Assembly: GCF_018350175.1 (NCBI RefSeq)
Contig: NC_058368.1
Coordinates: forward strand, 226,426,001-226,490,000
Length of the DNA stretch: 64,000 bases
Source: Felis catus
Lineage: Eukaryota
Direction: 5' to 3'
Shown: in pieces, positions 39,017-51,460 of the stretch
How positions within the stretch are numbered: position 1 is the first letter of the stretch
Layout of the letters: every line of letters starts with the position of its first letter
Notes under the pieces: model-generated
The model's input: only the letters and a program-made list of their open reading frames with translations
What the model was told of the DNA's origin: nothing
The model's database searches: none
Made by a program: the position numbers and the translations under genes

Positions 39017-39232
39017 TAACTTTCTTTTTAATGTTTATTTATTCTTGAGAGAGACAGAGACAGAATGAGAATGGGTCAGGGGCAGAGAGAGAGGGAGACA
39101 CAGAACCCGAAGCGGGCTCCAGGCTCCGAGCTGTCAGCACAGAGCCCAGCGTGGGGCTCGAACCCACGAGCTGCGAGATCGTGACCTGAGCCGAAGTCGT
39201 ACGCTCAACCGACTGAGCCACCCAGGCGCCCC
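39017..39232 (-). mobile_element. Can-SINE
   Basis: TSD taatgctgctttcactctt / taatgctgctttcgctctt. Confidence 0.96.
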
Positions 39233-40010
39233 TAATGCTGCTTTCGCTCTTAAGAGATTTGGGGACTGGATGACCTGTTACATTGTCACCCTAGTCTTGT
39301 ATGCTCTGTCCTACCTACGTTTTCATAGCAAGGAGATTAACTTACAGGGAAAAACTGGATCCCTTTCCAAGCTGCACTTATGCTAACAGCCAGGCTGGTC
39401 TGTTAGCTGTGTTGTATTTCTTTTTGAAATCCACTTTGTAGTTCAGATTACTTACAAATAATTGTATTTTTTTAAACCACCCAAAAAAAAACGGGTTCTG
39501 TTTCATGATGATATTGATAGCTGTGCTCCTCCCTGGACTACCATGGACAGGCATGGTAATAAAACGTCCGTGGGAGTAAAACCACCACTCTGCAGTCTAC
39601 TGCTCTGAATCTCCCACCCATCAGTTCTAGATCTCGAGACGCATTCTCAAATCCATTCCGTGCTGCCGTGTCCGTGCTCCATTTTCAAACTGACTTGGTC
39701 AACTTGAGCACTTCAGGCAGTCTATAGAATTCCTTAATCCCCTCTTGGCCTGGCACAGTGCGTCGTAGTGAATCCAGGACTGCACTAGTAGGAGGAAAAA
39801 ATATTTACTGCTGAGGTGCTAAAAGCTTTAGGTACTTCTCTCACATTTGCAAACCATCTAGGAAATGGATGTCATGGCAGGGTGTCAATTCCAACTGCTT
39901 TGATGCCTTTCTCTTAGGCAATGACTTGTGTCTTTATCTAGGACCCTTTCTTTTGACTTGGCGGTTTGGGTCAGGAGCTGGGCAGATTCTAAAGAGACAA
40001 ACTAGCAGCA

Positions 40011-40230
40011 CAGGGCATGTCAAACTTTGTAAAGAGAGGGGCTATAAATACATCAGCCTTCACATGTCCAACGGTCTCTGTTGTAACTATTCAACTCTGC
40101 ATTGTAGTGCAAAAGCAGCTCTACACAATGTGCAAACAGATGAGCGTGGCTGTGTTCCAATAAAACTTTATTTACAAAAGGAGCTGGCAGGCTGGCTTTG
40201 GTCTGTGGGTCATAATTGGCTGATGCCTAC
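40011..40230. mobile_element. MER58A hAT MITE
   Basis: 'ggtctctgttgtaactattcaactctgcattgtagtgcaaaagcagc...gagcgtggctgtgttccaataaaactttatttacaaaa'. Confidence 0.9.
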
Positions 40231-40293
40231 AGTTAGAGAGCTTGCCTTCCCTCTGGTTTTCCCAATTGGCTATTTATTAGAAAATGTGCCTTT

Positions 40294-40518
40294 GGGGCAC
40301 CTGGGTGGCGCAGTCGGTTAAGCGTCCAACTTCAGCCAGGTCACGATCTCACGGTCCGTGAGTTCGAGCCCCGCGTCGGGCTCTGGGCTGATGGCTCGGA
40401 GCCTGGAGCCTGTTTCCGATTCTGCGTCTCCCTCTCTCTCTGCCCCTCCCCCGTTCATGCTCTGTCTCTCTCTGTCCCAAAAATAAATAAAAACGTTGAA
40501 AAAAAAATTAAAAAAAAA
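40294..40518 (+). mobile_element. Can-SINE, young feline SINEC_Fc type
   Basis: GGCGCAGTCGG diagnostic; perfect TSD agaaaatgtgccttt. Confidence 0.97.
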
Positions 40519-40680
40519 AGAAAATGTGCCTTTACCTTCATTATGACGCATAGCAAAGTTCCCACCTTATCTTTCCTTATTGAACAAGACATTCTTTGTT
40601 TCTGTAGCAGAAAACCATTCAGAGATTTTTCAGGATTGACTTTGGGAATCCTATGATACCGCAAGAGTTACTTATAATTT

Positions 40681-40900
40681 GGGGCCCCCTAGGTGGCTCA
40701 GTTGGTTAAGTGTCTGACTTCGGCTCAGGTCATGATCTCACAGCTCATGGGTTCGAGCCCCGCGTTGGGCTCTGTGCTGACAGCTCAGAGCCTGGAGCCT
40801 GCTTCAGATTCTATGTCTCCCTCTCTCTCTGCCTCTACCCCACTCACATTCTCTCTCTCTCTCTCTCTCAAAAATAAATAGACATTAAAAATTTTTACAA
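40681..40900 (+). mobile_element. Can-SINE
   Basis: TSD aagagttacttataatt / aagagttacttacaatt. Confidence 0.95.
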
Positions 40901-43036
40901 AAGAGTTACTTACAATTCAACAATTTATTCCACATGCAATCTGTCCCTAGGGAGAATGTATAGCACAGAAAAATTACAATGGATACAGTGTATCAATACA
41001 ATGGCTCAACTTGAAAACTCTTTTAGTAAGAAAAGATGCTCACTGAATAAGTTGTCTAAGGAGAACACACTGTAAGGTCATAAACTGAAAAAAAAAAGGT
41101 TATAGATTATTATGAAAACTTGATAGCTTTGGACCTGCTATTATTTCAGTTTTAAGATGTGGGTCACTTTTCTCTTCATCTGTTATATTTATGGTAGGAA
41201 TTTGATGAGCATTACTTTGAAATCAATGAAATGTTCGTGTCCGTTTGGATCTCTGAATAGGCAAAATTATCAAGAAGCCATGTGCTTACTTCTAACTTAA
41301 AACCAAAATATTATTTTCTCCCACCCTCTCCACTTAGCCCCCCGAATACACAAAAATGGAATTCTCTGTATTCACCACTTAAAAAAAGGCAGGACGCAAA
41401 AACCTTGAGCTGATTTTAATGATCAACACACTTTTTTTTTCTTTGCAGATAATTCTCGTGACTTAGTCCCTAAGGAAAGCACATTTTGTTCGAAATAGCC
41501 ATGTGCAAAGGACATGAATTGCTCACCATGACAAAGGTACCTGGATGCTGACAGTGATATCTGGTTGTTAGGCCTATCCTCTTTAGAATTCTGTACAGTT
41601 TAAGGCTTGCAGATTGTGTCAGATCTTGATAATTCTGTTAGGTTTCCAAAACTGACGTGCACTTAAAATCCTGGTGTGAAACACTAAATCATCTTTTGAC
41701 CATCTCTCTCAGAACCGCAAACAATTACATGTTTAGAAAAATGTTAGTCAAATGGTAGCCAATGATAAGAAGGAAGTCTTTCTAGTTCCGCATGGGTTAC
41801 CAGTATTCCCCTTCACTCCCCATCTTTTCTCAGACCTCTTTCACCCTCTCAGGTCAGAGCCATGAATTCTTGAGGCCCTGAGCTCTATCCCTTGAAGGAG
41901 GAAGGGAAGGATACAGAGTAACAGAACACCCAAACAAAACCCTGGCTGGGCAAGGGGTGTAACCAGGGAAGAGGAACCAGAGAATCACCCTTAAGGCTTC
42001 CCCCACGAAAACTGTTGTCGGTCAGCCTAGGCCTTAAAATACCTTTTAAAGTTTCATGAGCGATTCATGATAAGGCATCACACTAACAAATGAAGCTAAA
42101 AAAAGTTTTAAAATATTTCCCACAGGAAATGCACCCTGCTTGTGCTCTCTGGCCTGTACTAAAGCCAAATTTCTATCTATAGAGGAAGGACCTTTTGTGT
42201 TGGGTTTTACCCACTCTCCCCTCTTACATTATTATTAGGTTGCAAACAATGGCTTTTTTTTTTGTTACAAAGCCAGAATAAAGGAGCCTAAAATCAGCAC
42301 ACAATTGTGTGATCACTGGTTAGCCTTGTATCCCAAAGTTGTTAAGGAAAAAGAAATACATCCATTATTCACAAAACCAATCATCCAACTCACAACAAAA
42401 GATAAGGGAAGGCCCGGGAATCTGTGTGCAAACATCTTCACTACCTCATTTATGAGCCTCTGGCAAGATTTCCCACAAGGGCTTGCCAATTTTAAAATGG
42501 TTTTTCTTGCTTTATTTACCTGCCTTTACGAAAGGCAGATATTATTAGTCCTGGTCACGCATTCATTGCTCTGAACATGGCAGTAAGAATAACAACTTAG
42601 AAAATGTTGATGGCCTTAAAACAAAGCATGTGGCGAGCATCTTTTCTTTCTTTCTTTTAGATCTTCAGAATTTTCTATCACCTCTGAAGAGGTCTACCTG
42701 TTATTTCGCATCTCAGCCAGGAGATGTCACTGTAGTTGAATTAAATAATTAAGAGTAATTGAGCTATTCTGGGAGTAATTGAGCAGCCTGAGTGTGAAAA
42801 ACTTTCCATGGATTTGTTACAAATGAGTGGACAGGCATTCTGGAGTAAAAGTAGGCTTTGTATACCCAATTCTGCTTTTAGCTAATAGATAGAACATTTG
42901 TCTACACTTCAGATAAAAAAGAACGCTTAACCTTCCTTGCCCAAATGCACACATACTAGAGCAAAATAGCATCATTAACTTAATGATTTATTCATCTGGG
43001 TGAGTAAAAGTTTTAGTAGCTCAGAGAGATTTGTTT

Positions 43037-43351
43037 CCATTTTTCACAGAAACAGAAAATACAATCCTAACATTTGTACAGAACCACAAACGACCTCAAA
43101 TAGCCAGAGCAATTCTGAGAAAGAACAAAACTGGAGGCATCACATTTCTTGATTTCAAACTACACACAAAAAAAGCTGTAGTAATCAAAAAGTTATTACA
43201 TTGTCATAAAAATAGATACATGGGGCACATAAGTGGCTCAGTCGGTTAAATAACCATCCGACTCTTGATTTTGGCTCAGGTCGTGATCTCACAGTTCAAG
43301 GGATTGAGCCCCACATTGAGTTCTGAGCTGACAGCACAAAGCCTGCTCAGG

Positions 43352-43393
<42 letters not shown>

Positions 43394-44260
43394 CCTCCCT
43401 CCCATGTTTATGCACCTGCATGTTCTCTCTCTCTCCCGCTCTCTCAAAATAAATTAATTAACTTAAAAAAAAACAAACAGACATATAGACCAGTAGAACA
43501 GAATGGAGAGCCCAGAAATAAATGCCTGCATTTATGGTCCATTTATATTTGAAAGGCTGATAGGAACACTCAGTGGGGAAAGGATAGTTTTTTCAACAAA
43601 CGATGTTGGAAAAACTGAATAATTACATGCAGAAAAACAAAACTGGACCCCTACCTTACACCACTCACAATAATCAACTAAAGATGGACTAAAAGTTGAA
43701 TTTCAGACCTGAAACAATAACCCAGAAGAAAACAGGCGGTAAGTTCCTTGACAATGACCTTGGCAAGGATTCATTGGATTTGACACCAAAAGCAAAGACA
43801 AAGGAAAAATAAACAAGTAGAACTACATCAAACTAAAAACCTTCTGTACAGCAAAAGAAACCATCATGAAAAAAAAAAGACATCCTATGGAATGGGAGAA
43901 AACATTTGCAAAACATGTCTCTGGTAAGGGGCTAATATCCAAAATATATAAGGAGCTCACAACTCAATAGCAACAAACCAAATAACCCAATTAAAAAATG
44001 GGCAAAGGACTCCAGTAGACATTTTCCCGAAGAAAACATACAAATGTCCAACAGGTATATGAAAAGGAGCTCAATTCATCACTAGTCAGTAGAGTGATGT
44101 AAATCAAAACCACAATGGAACACCACCTCACACCTGTTAGAATGGCAGTCATCAAGAAGACAAGAGATAACAAGTGTTGGTGAGGAGGTTGACAGGAGTT
44201 ATGGTGAGAGTATGGAGGTTCCTCAAGAAATTAAAAAGAGTTCCCAGACGATCCAGCCAC
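43037..44260 (+). mobile_element. L1 ORF2 internal remnant, truncated at both ends and interrupted by a SINE
   Basis: '[41 protein letters not shown]' and 'VWRFLKKLK' are L1 ORF2 motifs; many stops and frameshifts; no 3' UTR or poly-A. Confidence 0.92.
43222..43472 (+). mobile_element. Can-SINE inserted in L1
   Basis: Degenerate TSD aaatagatacat / aaacagacatat; L1 continues across it. Confidence 0.92.
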
Positions 44261-44430
44261 CCGGACAAGCCGGCCAACTCTGTTTCTCCTCATTACAGTC
44301 CATCTTTGGAACGGGAGGACCGTACCCCACTTATGTCCATAATGCATGCTGGAAAACATGTCAGAGTTGAATGTCTGAAAGTCAAACAATAGAATTCATG
44401 TTATTTCATGTGGAGTGTGAGAAAGGAATA

Positions 44431-44445
44431 CCTTCTTTTTCCTCT

Positions 44446-44477
<32 letters not shown>

Positions 44478-44722
44478 TTCTTCTTCTTCTTCTCCTCCTC
44501 CTCCTCCTCCTCCTCCTCCTTCTCCTTCTCCTCCTCCTCCTCCTTCTCCTTCTCCTCCTCCTCCTCCTCCTCCTCCTTCTCCTCCTCCTCCTTCTCCTCC
44601 TCCTCCTCCTCCTTCTCCTCCTCCTCCTCCTTCTCCTCCTCCTCCTCCTCCTTCTCCTCCTCCTCCTCCTTCTCCTCCTCCTCCTCCTCCTTCTCCTTCT
44701 TCTTCTTCTCCTTCTTCTTTTT
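44431..44722. repeat. Compound (TTC)n/(CCT)n trinucleotide polypyrimidine tract
   Basis: About 290 bp of pyrimidines only; source of the poly-Pro/Leu/Glu/Gly ORFs. Confidence 0.97.
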
Positions 44723-45084
44723 CACCAGCACATGGCTCTCTTGGTGTGGAATGCAGATAAGCCAAATCAAAGGGAAAGAAAAAAGCAGAGTGAAGATGTC
44801 CCAATCACTGCTTCCTCACAACCAGAAGGTACTTGATGGGCATCATGTCATCATGGGGTCAAGGAGAGTTTGCCTGAATACTAAATATTTGACAGCTAAG
44901 CCATTTATTTTTTCTACCTTTATGAGTACATAGAGTGGGATCTTGCCATTTATTATTATCCTATCACCATGGTTAGCTTTTAGTAAAGTTCCAGGTGACA
45001 AAATGATTCTCTCTTTAACCATTACCCAAAATTACCTATTGTTCTTGCAAAGTAGGTATAACTGGAGTTTTTGCATGGGACACT

Positions 45085-45770
45085 CTCTGGGGTCGTGTTC
45101 TGCATTAACTCCACTAGATCCACTCTGGAACCTTCTATACCCTACTCTGTACCCAGGAGCTAGACTCTTAATGGTTATATCTATACAACAAGGCTCCTTT
45201 GCTCTCTGGCTTCTGGTTGGAAATGACCAAAGGCAGCCCATAAGAAACAGAGAGGGAAAGAGAAGGGAGAATTTGGGGCACCTGGGTGGCTCAGTCGGTT
45301 GAGCATCTGACTTCGGCTCAGGTCATGATCTCGCAGTTCGTGAGTTTGAGCCCCACATCAGGCTCTATGCTGACAGCTCAGAGCCTGAAGCCTGCTTCAG
45401 ATTCTGTGTCTCCCCCTCTCTGCCCCTCCCCTGTTCACACTCTGTCTCTCCATGTCTCTCAAAGATAAATAAACATTAAAAAATGTGTTTTTAAAGAGAA
45501 GGGAGAGGTCATCTAATTTCCTATCTGCCATCTTCCCCAGTCAGCCATTCCTCTACCAAACAAAGGTTTCTCCTTCAGACACAACTCTAGCTCCCTCTCA
45601 TACCTGGCAAGTTCCCCAGGAGTATGTCTGCCTTTGTCCTGTCAGGCTCAGAAGCTAGTCTGGAGTACTGTCAACTTTGGTAGGGTCCCTTTTAACCATT
45701 TCTCTAGTAAATTCTCTCCAATTACCTTGGTGGAATGTTCTGTACATACACGTCATTTCTGGACCCTAGG
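45085..45770 (+). mobile_element. LTR33-like ERVL LTR, interrupted by a SINE
   Basis: 'ccctactctgtacccaggagctagactct...ggctcctttgctctctggcttctggttggaaatgaccaaaggcagccc' and 3' 'taaattctctccaattacc' resemble recalled LTR33. Confidence 0.65.
45275..45492 (+). mobile_element. Can-SINE
   Basis: Flanking repeat aaagagaagggaga; 4 extra nt (attt) between left repeat and head. Confidence 0.94.
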
Positions 45771-46094
45771 TGGCACCTAAAGCATGACATATGCATGAGT
45801 AAAATATGTGACATTTACTATTCAGATACATGACTAGGCATATATCCCATATAGATGCCTTATATTGGGAACAAAATTGCTTTTATTTGGATTATCAAAA
45901 CCCAGTTCTTTATGAGAGAAGAAAATGTATAAATTTAACAGTGTATTTGGAACAAAGAACCCCAGAACTAAACTCGTTAGACACAATCACAAGTTTATTT
46001 TAAATCTTGATTCTAGTTGATAGTACTCAGTATACCTACTATCTATGGAGCACCTACTAAGAGTCTGACACCATGCTCGGCATTGCAACATAAT

Positions 46095-46319
46095 AATTTT
46101 TATTTTATATTAAGTTTATTTATTTTTAAAGAAGAGTGAGAAAGAGAGAGAGGTGGGGAAGGGGCAGAGAGAGAGAGAGAGGGAGAGACAGAATCCCAGC
46201 AGGCTCCATGCTGTCAGCACAGAGCCCCATGCGGGGTTTGATCTCATGACCTGTGAGATCTGACCTGAGTCAAGATCAAGAGTCAGACCCTTAACCAACT
46301 GAGCCAGCCAGGTGACCCC
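46095..46319 (-). mobile_element. Can-SINE within a MIR (about 46030-46470, minus strand)
   Basis: Full SINEC; flanks 'gagcacctactaagagtctgacaccatgctcggc' and 'cctattttagaaatgaggaaaaatgagactcagagaag' are MIR. Confidence 0.92.
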
Positions 46320-46489
46320 AACATAAATCATTTTTAATGTGTCTGATAATCTTGCAGGGCAGGTGATATGCCTATTTTAGAAATGAGGAAAAATGAGACT
46401 CAGAGAAGTGCAAGAATCCACCGTCATGCACAAGGCCAGCCGTGACAAAGGAAGGAGCCCAGAGGAGCACGTCAACTGCACAGCACATT

Positions 46490-46571
46490 CTGTGCAGCGG
46501 GACATTGGTTACTCCCGGACTCCTGCAGGGCAGACCGCCCTGTGCAGCGGGACATTGGGTACTCCTGGACT
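46490..46571. repeat. Direct repeat, 50-bp period
   Basis: ctgtgcagcgggacattggttactcccggact (46490-46521) vs ctgtgcagcgggacattgggtactcctggact (46540-46571), 2 mismatches. Confidence 0.9.
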
Positions 46572-47164
46572 GCCCATAGGCAAAGGGACTTTAATAAGCC
46601 TGAAGCCTTAACACAAATCTGTTTAATTTTACTTAATCTAATCTTCCAAACACACGTCTTCATGGAAAACCAGTCTCACAGAAAACTCGATAGCATCTTG
46701 TCCATGAATCACAGTTTGGGGAAAGTGGGATGTTTCACTTCTGTGCCCCTAGTTCCGGAATTTCCGAACTGAGAAATTCTTAGTTCTTAGAGCTGAGTCT
46801 GATGCCCGTCATTCTTCCTGGGATCCGTGATTAAACTTCAGAAAGGCAGCTCTAAAATGTCAGATGGACTAGAGATTCTCACCGTGCTGTTTTCAAAAAG
46901 ATCAGCCATGTTTTTTAGGGCGTATAATTGTTTGATGACGATAAGGAAAAGGAAAGAGAAATCTTTATAACAGGAAATTTTCTTTAGTGCTTAATGATCT
47001 GGGCAGTGGCTAGGCTAGCAGTCATCTGATAGAATGACTTGCTAAGCAAAACGCTGGTGTGGTGACTTTCATAATAAATAGACACAGGAATAAGAACTAA
47101 CACTTAGCACTTTAAGAAAGTGGCAGGCATGGCATTCACCTCTTTACATGAGTTACCTCACTTA

Positions 47165-47381
47165 CTGTTTTTTTTTTAATGTTTATCTTTATTTTTGAGA
47201 CAGAGAGAGACAGAACTTGAGTGGGGGAGAGGCAGAGAGAGAGGGAGACACAGAATCCAAAGCAGGCTCCAGGCTCTGAGCTGTCAGCACAGAGCCCGAC
47301 GCAGGGCTCCAACTCGTCAACTGCGAGATCATGACCTGAGCTGAAGTCGGACGCCCAACCGACTGAGCCACCCAGGCGCCC
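47165..47381 (-). mobile_element. Can-SINE within a MIR (about 47090-47540, minus strand)
   Basis: TSD atgagttacctcactta / atgagttacttcactta; MIR 'attttacagttgagaaactaaggcacacagagaggttgaacaagtgacc'. Confidence 0.95.
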
Positions 47382-49035
47382 ATGAGTTACTTCACTTAAA
47401 GCTCGTGGTACCCCTTTGAGATAGATGGGATCGTCGGTCTCTGATTTTACAGTTGAGAAACTAAGGCACACAGAGAGGTTGAACAAGTGACCGACATCTG
47501 ACAGATAAAGCAGAGGAAAAGTCACCGAGCTCTTGAGAGTTGAATTCCAGATTCTACCTATGCTCAGAGGACAGGTTTCAACTGTATAGGAGACACTAGC
47601 TGCCCTCTGTTATGGACCAGCCAGAGTTGAGCTCTTTTTAAAAAATCATGCACAGTGATCTCAACGTACTGCAAGGATGGGTCGACTCTAAGAATATGAA
47701 ATGCGGTAGGGTCACATTTAAAATAAGGTCTGATATTTAAAAAAATCTAGTTTCACGAGTTCAGGGCGAAGTGAAATTTAGCAGCATTGCGGAAGTGATC
47801 TGCAGATTTTAGCGAAAGGGAATCCAAATAGGAGCAACCAGTGTTAGGGGAGCTGACAATGGAGTCTCATGCAGCGTCAGAGCAAGTTCAAGGTTCAGAA
47901 TCTGCCCTTCATGATTTCTCAAAAGCGTGTCACGTGCACCAAAAAGCATGATTTCATTTTGAGCGTCACACTCGAGAAGGTCTTTGTTCCGAGGCGAGCC
48001 ATCAGTGAAGCGATTCACAGGCTCATCTCACAGCCTTCCCGAGGCACCCCTCGTCTACCCTGCCTCCTGCCCAGAGCTGGCCACAGCCACGGAAGCAGAG
48101 AGAGGGAGCTGGCTTCCATTGAGGTGAATGAAGAGGAGAGGCTGGGACCCGGGAGGGGTGGGGATGGGGGGGTTGTGCAGGGGTGCGCAGAGGCCGGGAG
48201 GGACCCACGTGCCAGGGAGAGCACAACCAACATTTGTGAGTAGAAGCCATGGCAGGGCACCAGGCTGTGATCCCAAGGCCGAGTTTGGGGCTCACCAGTG
48301 ATGCAATCAGAGCACCAATGGCCAGAAGACCTGCCGGGCGTGGGTGGCTGACTCCTTGATCATCTTTGTGTGCCTCACTTTGAGCTCAGCAGCTACAGGC
48401 AGGGCATTGCATTGCCTCAGGGGGCAGATAAATTCACTTAAAGGACAGAGGTAGTGTGTTCAGGTTAAAGAAGCCTTAGGTGGGCCATGACAATAGTCTT
48501 AAAATCCGTGAAAAGCTGTCATATGGAGGGACCATAGAACATCCCAGATGCTGGGGATGCTTCGGTGAGCATATTAGGCAAGGTCTTGTCTCCACACAGC
48601 TCCTGGCCTGATAGAGGCCAAAGACATTAAACAAACCACTGTGTCATTAAAAACATCGCCCCCAAACTGTGAAGGCCTCTGGTAAAGGAAAGATATCAGT
48701 TCCACAGAGCATCTGGAGATGTGCCACCAGTTTTGAAGAAGTGCTATGTCAGCCAAGAGCTAAGGATGCGGTGTTAGTTGGGTGGAGGGAGAGAGAGGAA
48801 CGTTTCAGGTAAAGGGACTGAGATCAGAAGAAGCTGGCACGGCTTCAAAGTTTCTCTTCCCTCTTCTAACACCCCTTCTCTTCTCTTGTTTTCCCTTCCA
48901 AGTGTCACTTTTTAGCAATGTCATATGATTAGTGGACATGACAGGTCTGCTTCCTCATCTAGCACAAATGTATTGGTTACCCACTGTATGTCAAACCCTG
49001 GGCCAGGCCCTATGGATTAACATATAAACAGGAAG

Positions 49036-49479
49036 TATAGCGGGTTGAAGTGAGTTTCCCCACAATGTGTGTCCACCCACAACCTGAGGATGTGACCTTA
49101 TATAGAAATAGGGTTTTTGCAAGTGTAATTAATTAAGATGACGTCATCCTGAATTCTGTTGGGACCTCAATCTCATAACCGATGCCCTAACAAGAAGAGG
49201 AGAGGACCCCGCTGGTGGCATGTGAAGAAGGCCACATGAAGCCAGAGGTATTGGCTGCAATGATGTGCCTAAAAGTCCAGGAGCTCCAGGGATTGCCAGG
49301 GGTCACCAGAAGCTCGGATGAGGCCAAGAAGGATCCATCCTACAGCCATCAGAGGAAGGCTGGCCTTGCTGACACCTTGATTTCAGTCTTAGTCTCCAGA
49401 ATTGTGAGACGTCATATTTCTACAGCTGTAAGCCACTCAGTGTGTGGTAATTTGTTGCACAGCCTAAGAAACTGATATA
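49036..49479 (+). mobile_element. MLT1C-like solo LTR
   Basis: 'gatgtgaccttatatagaaatagggtttttgcaagtgtaattaa', 'ccagaagctcggatgaggccaagaaggatcc', ends 'agcctaagaaactgatata'. Confidence 0.88.
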
Positions 49480-49502
49480 GGGTGCATATCTCTTCCATGA
49501 AC

Positions 49503-49533
49503 TTTCTTCTTTTTTTTCTTCAAGTTGATTTAT

Positions 49534-49568
<35 letters not shown>

Positions 49569-49692
49569 CTCAAGCAGATTCTGCACTGTCAGCACGGAGC
49601 CTGATATGGGGCTCAGTCTCACGAATGGTGAGATCATGACCTGAGCTGGTCAAGAGTTGGACGCTTAACCGACAGAGTCACCCAGGCGCCCC
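49503..49692 (-). mobile_element. Can-SINE
   Basis: (GA)n and head; TSD approx. atgaacttt / atgaccttt. Confidence 0.92.
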
Positions 49693-49786
49693 ATGACCTT
49701 TTTTCTAAATGAGGTCGCATTCATAGGTTCTGGTGGGTAGAATGTGGACGTATCTTTTGGGCAGGCCACCACTCTGCCCACTGCAC
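49693..49786 (-). mobile_element. MLT1 LTR 5' fragment
   Basis: 'ttctaaatgaggtcgcattcataggttctggtgggtagaatgtggacgtatcttttggg...cccactgca'. Confidence 0.7.
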
Positions 49787-51324
49787 TTAGGTCTGCATTC
49801 ACGTACCTGTAAGTTCCTTATGCAAAATATGCATTTGGCAGCTAAATTTTTGCTTATTAAATTACATCAAATTCAACTTTTGGACACTTAGCTTAAGAGT
49901 ATCTACAAACAAGTCTACTTCACTTTTTACTAAGAGTATCAAACTCTTGCTAAACCACAAACTCCATCTGGGTGTATGATTACATTTCTGCCAACTGACT
50001 TTATTTGACACTGAATGACCGTCCCAGTACCAAAGAGAAAGTTGGCACTGTGAGTGTATTAGGGACTAACACAGTCCATAATACACTTCATAATATACAT
50101 CACATCCTGTGATGACATTTAAAGAACACAACAATCTGACAGGAAACAGAAGGGCCACCTAAGAAAATGGGAAGTATCAGAAAATACAATCCAGAATGAT
50201 ACTCAGAAACTTTGTAAGATCTAGGCAAGTGATAGAACGAGTTTAAACTCCAGTTCTATTGATGGCTTGTCAAGTCATGGCAAGTTCTGTTAATAGCTCA
50301 CTTTTATTTTATTTATTAAAGGGAAGGAAGGAAGGGAGGGAGGGAGGGAAGAAAAGAGAGAGAGAGAAGGACAGAAGGGAAGGAGGGAGAAAACAAAAAC
50401 CCACAAAATATCTCAAATGCCATCTCCCTTTAATTTCGCAGTATTGCAAAGATCATTGAGAATTCACCTACGGAAGCATCTGTCAACAAGTCTAGAAGTT
50501 GTGAGGACTCTATATTTAGTAGCTCTTGCAGTAGAAGAAGACGAGTTTTAGGAAGGCTGGTCTCAAACAGAAGCTGTTTTTGCATGTTGCTTTCTTCTGC
50601 CCGTGGACTCACTTTCCAATGACAGTCTAGCCCAATTAATCAGATCCATGGAGTAATTCCAGTACCGAATACTGTTTTTATATTTTCTGTTTATTATGAA
50701 AATTAAGACACGCCATTGTGTTACAGATGCCACCCAGGGCCACATGCTGCTACAGCCGAAGATGGCGATTTCATAATGTTGCAAAGTTACAGCAAACAGG
50801 CCACAATATATACCAGATGCAGCTCAACTGAGACATAGCTTAAAAGGATTTAATCGAAAATGTTTCGAATCTGCTTCGCCCAAGAATTATCACTGGGCCA
50901 GTGTGCTCTTTGATATGGTAATACAACCAGCTGTTAAGTTCTTCTCTATTTCCAACACAATAATCCACATTGCTTTTCATCTTCTTTCCATCACGCACTT
51001 CTAATATTAGGAGGCTCAAGATTCCACGTATGAGGCTCACTTCTTTCCTTTAATTGGGAGTAAGGACGGGCCGACTGGTTTGTACTCTTGGAAGCACAGA
51101 AAGGATGAAGGCTCCAATCTCATCGACCGCCTCTCTTCTGTGTATAAAACATTCCAAAGTAGCTGGTCTGAAGTTATAACCAACTGGAAGCAGAGGGAAC
51201 CAGGTTGCTGCTAGAAGCCTGCCCCATCCTCTGAGATGTTCAGAGTGGGGTATGGGTGTGTGTACCATGCCCAGGGACAGGTCGATCACCGTGGGATTCT
51301 CCCTGTACTGCAGAAGGCACAGCT

Positions 51325-51460
51325 GTTTATATTATTCAAGTAGGCTTCAGGCCCAGCGTGGAGCCCAATGCCGGGCTTGAACTCAGGACCCGGAGATTAA
51401 GACCCGAGCTTAGATCAAGAGCTGGATGCTTAAACTGATTGAGCCACCCAGGCGCTCTCC
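51325..51460 (-). mobile_element. Short Can-SINE
   Basis: 'aagtaggcttcaggcccagcgtggagcccaatgccgggcttgaactc...gagccacccaggcgctctcc'. Confidence 0.85.

Noticed and set aside
43031..44392. L1 ORF2-like ORFs as an active or domesticated reverse transcriptase
   Set aside because: Fragmented by stops, frameshifts and a SINE; lacks the RT core.
44371..44836. Poly-Pro (extensin-like), poly-Leu, poly-Glu and poly-Gly ORFs
   Set aside because: Translations of a trinucleotide repeat that lacks stops in any frame; no splice or codon evidence.
50563..51040. Minus-strand ORFs with gtgag donor-like sites (about 50612 and 51040) as coding exons
   Set aside because: Peptides match no protein I recognise and no convincing acceptor pairs with them; would need BLASTX or RNA-seq.
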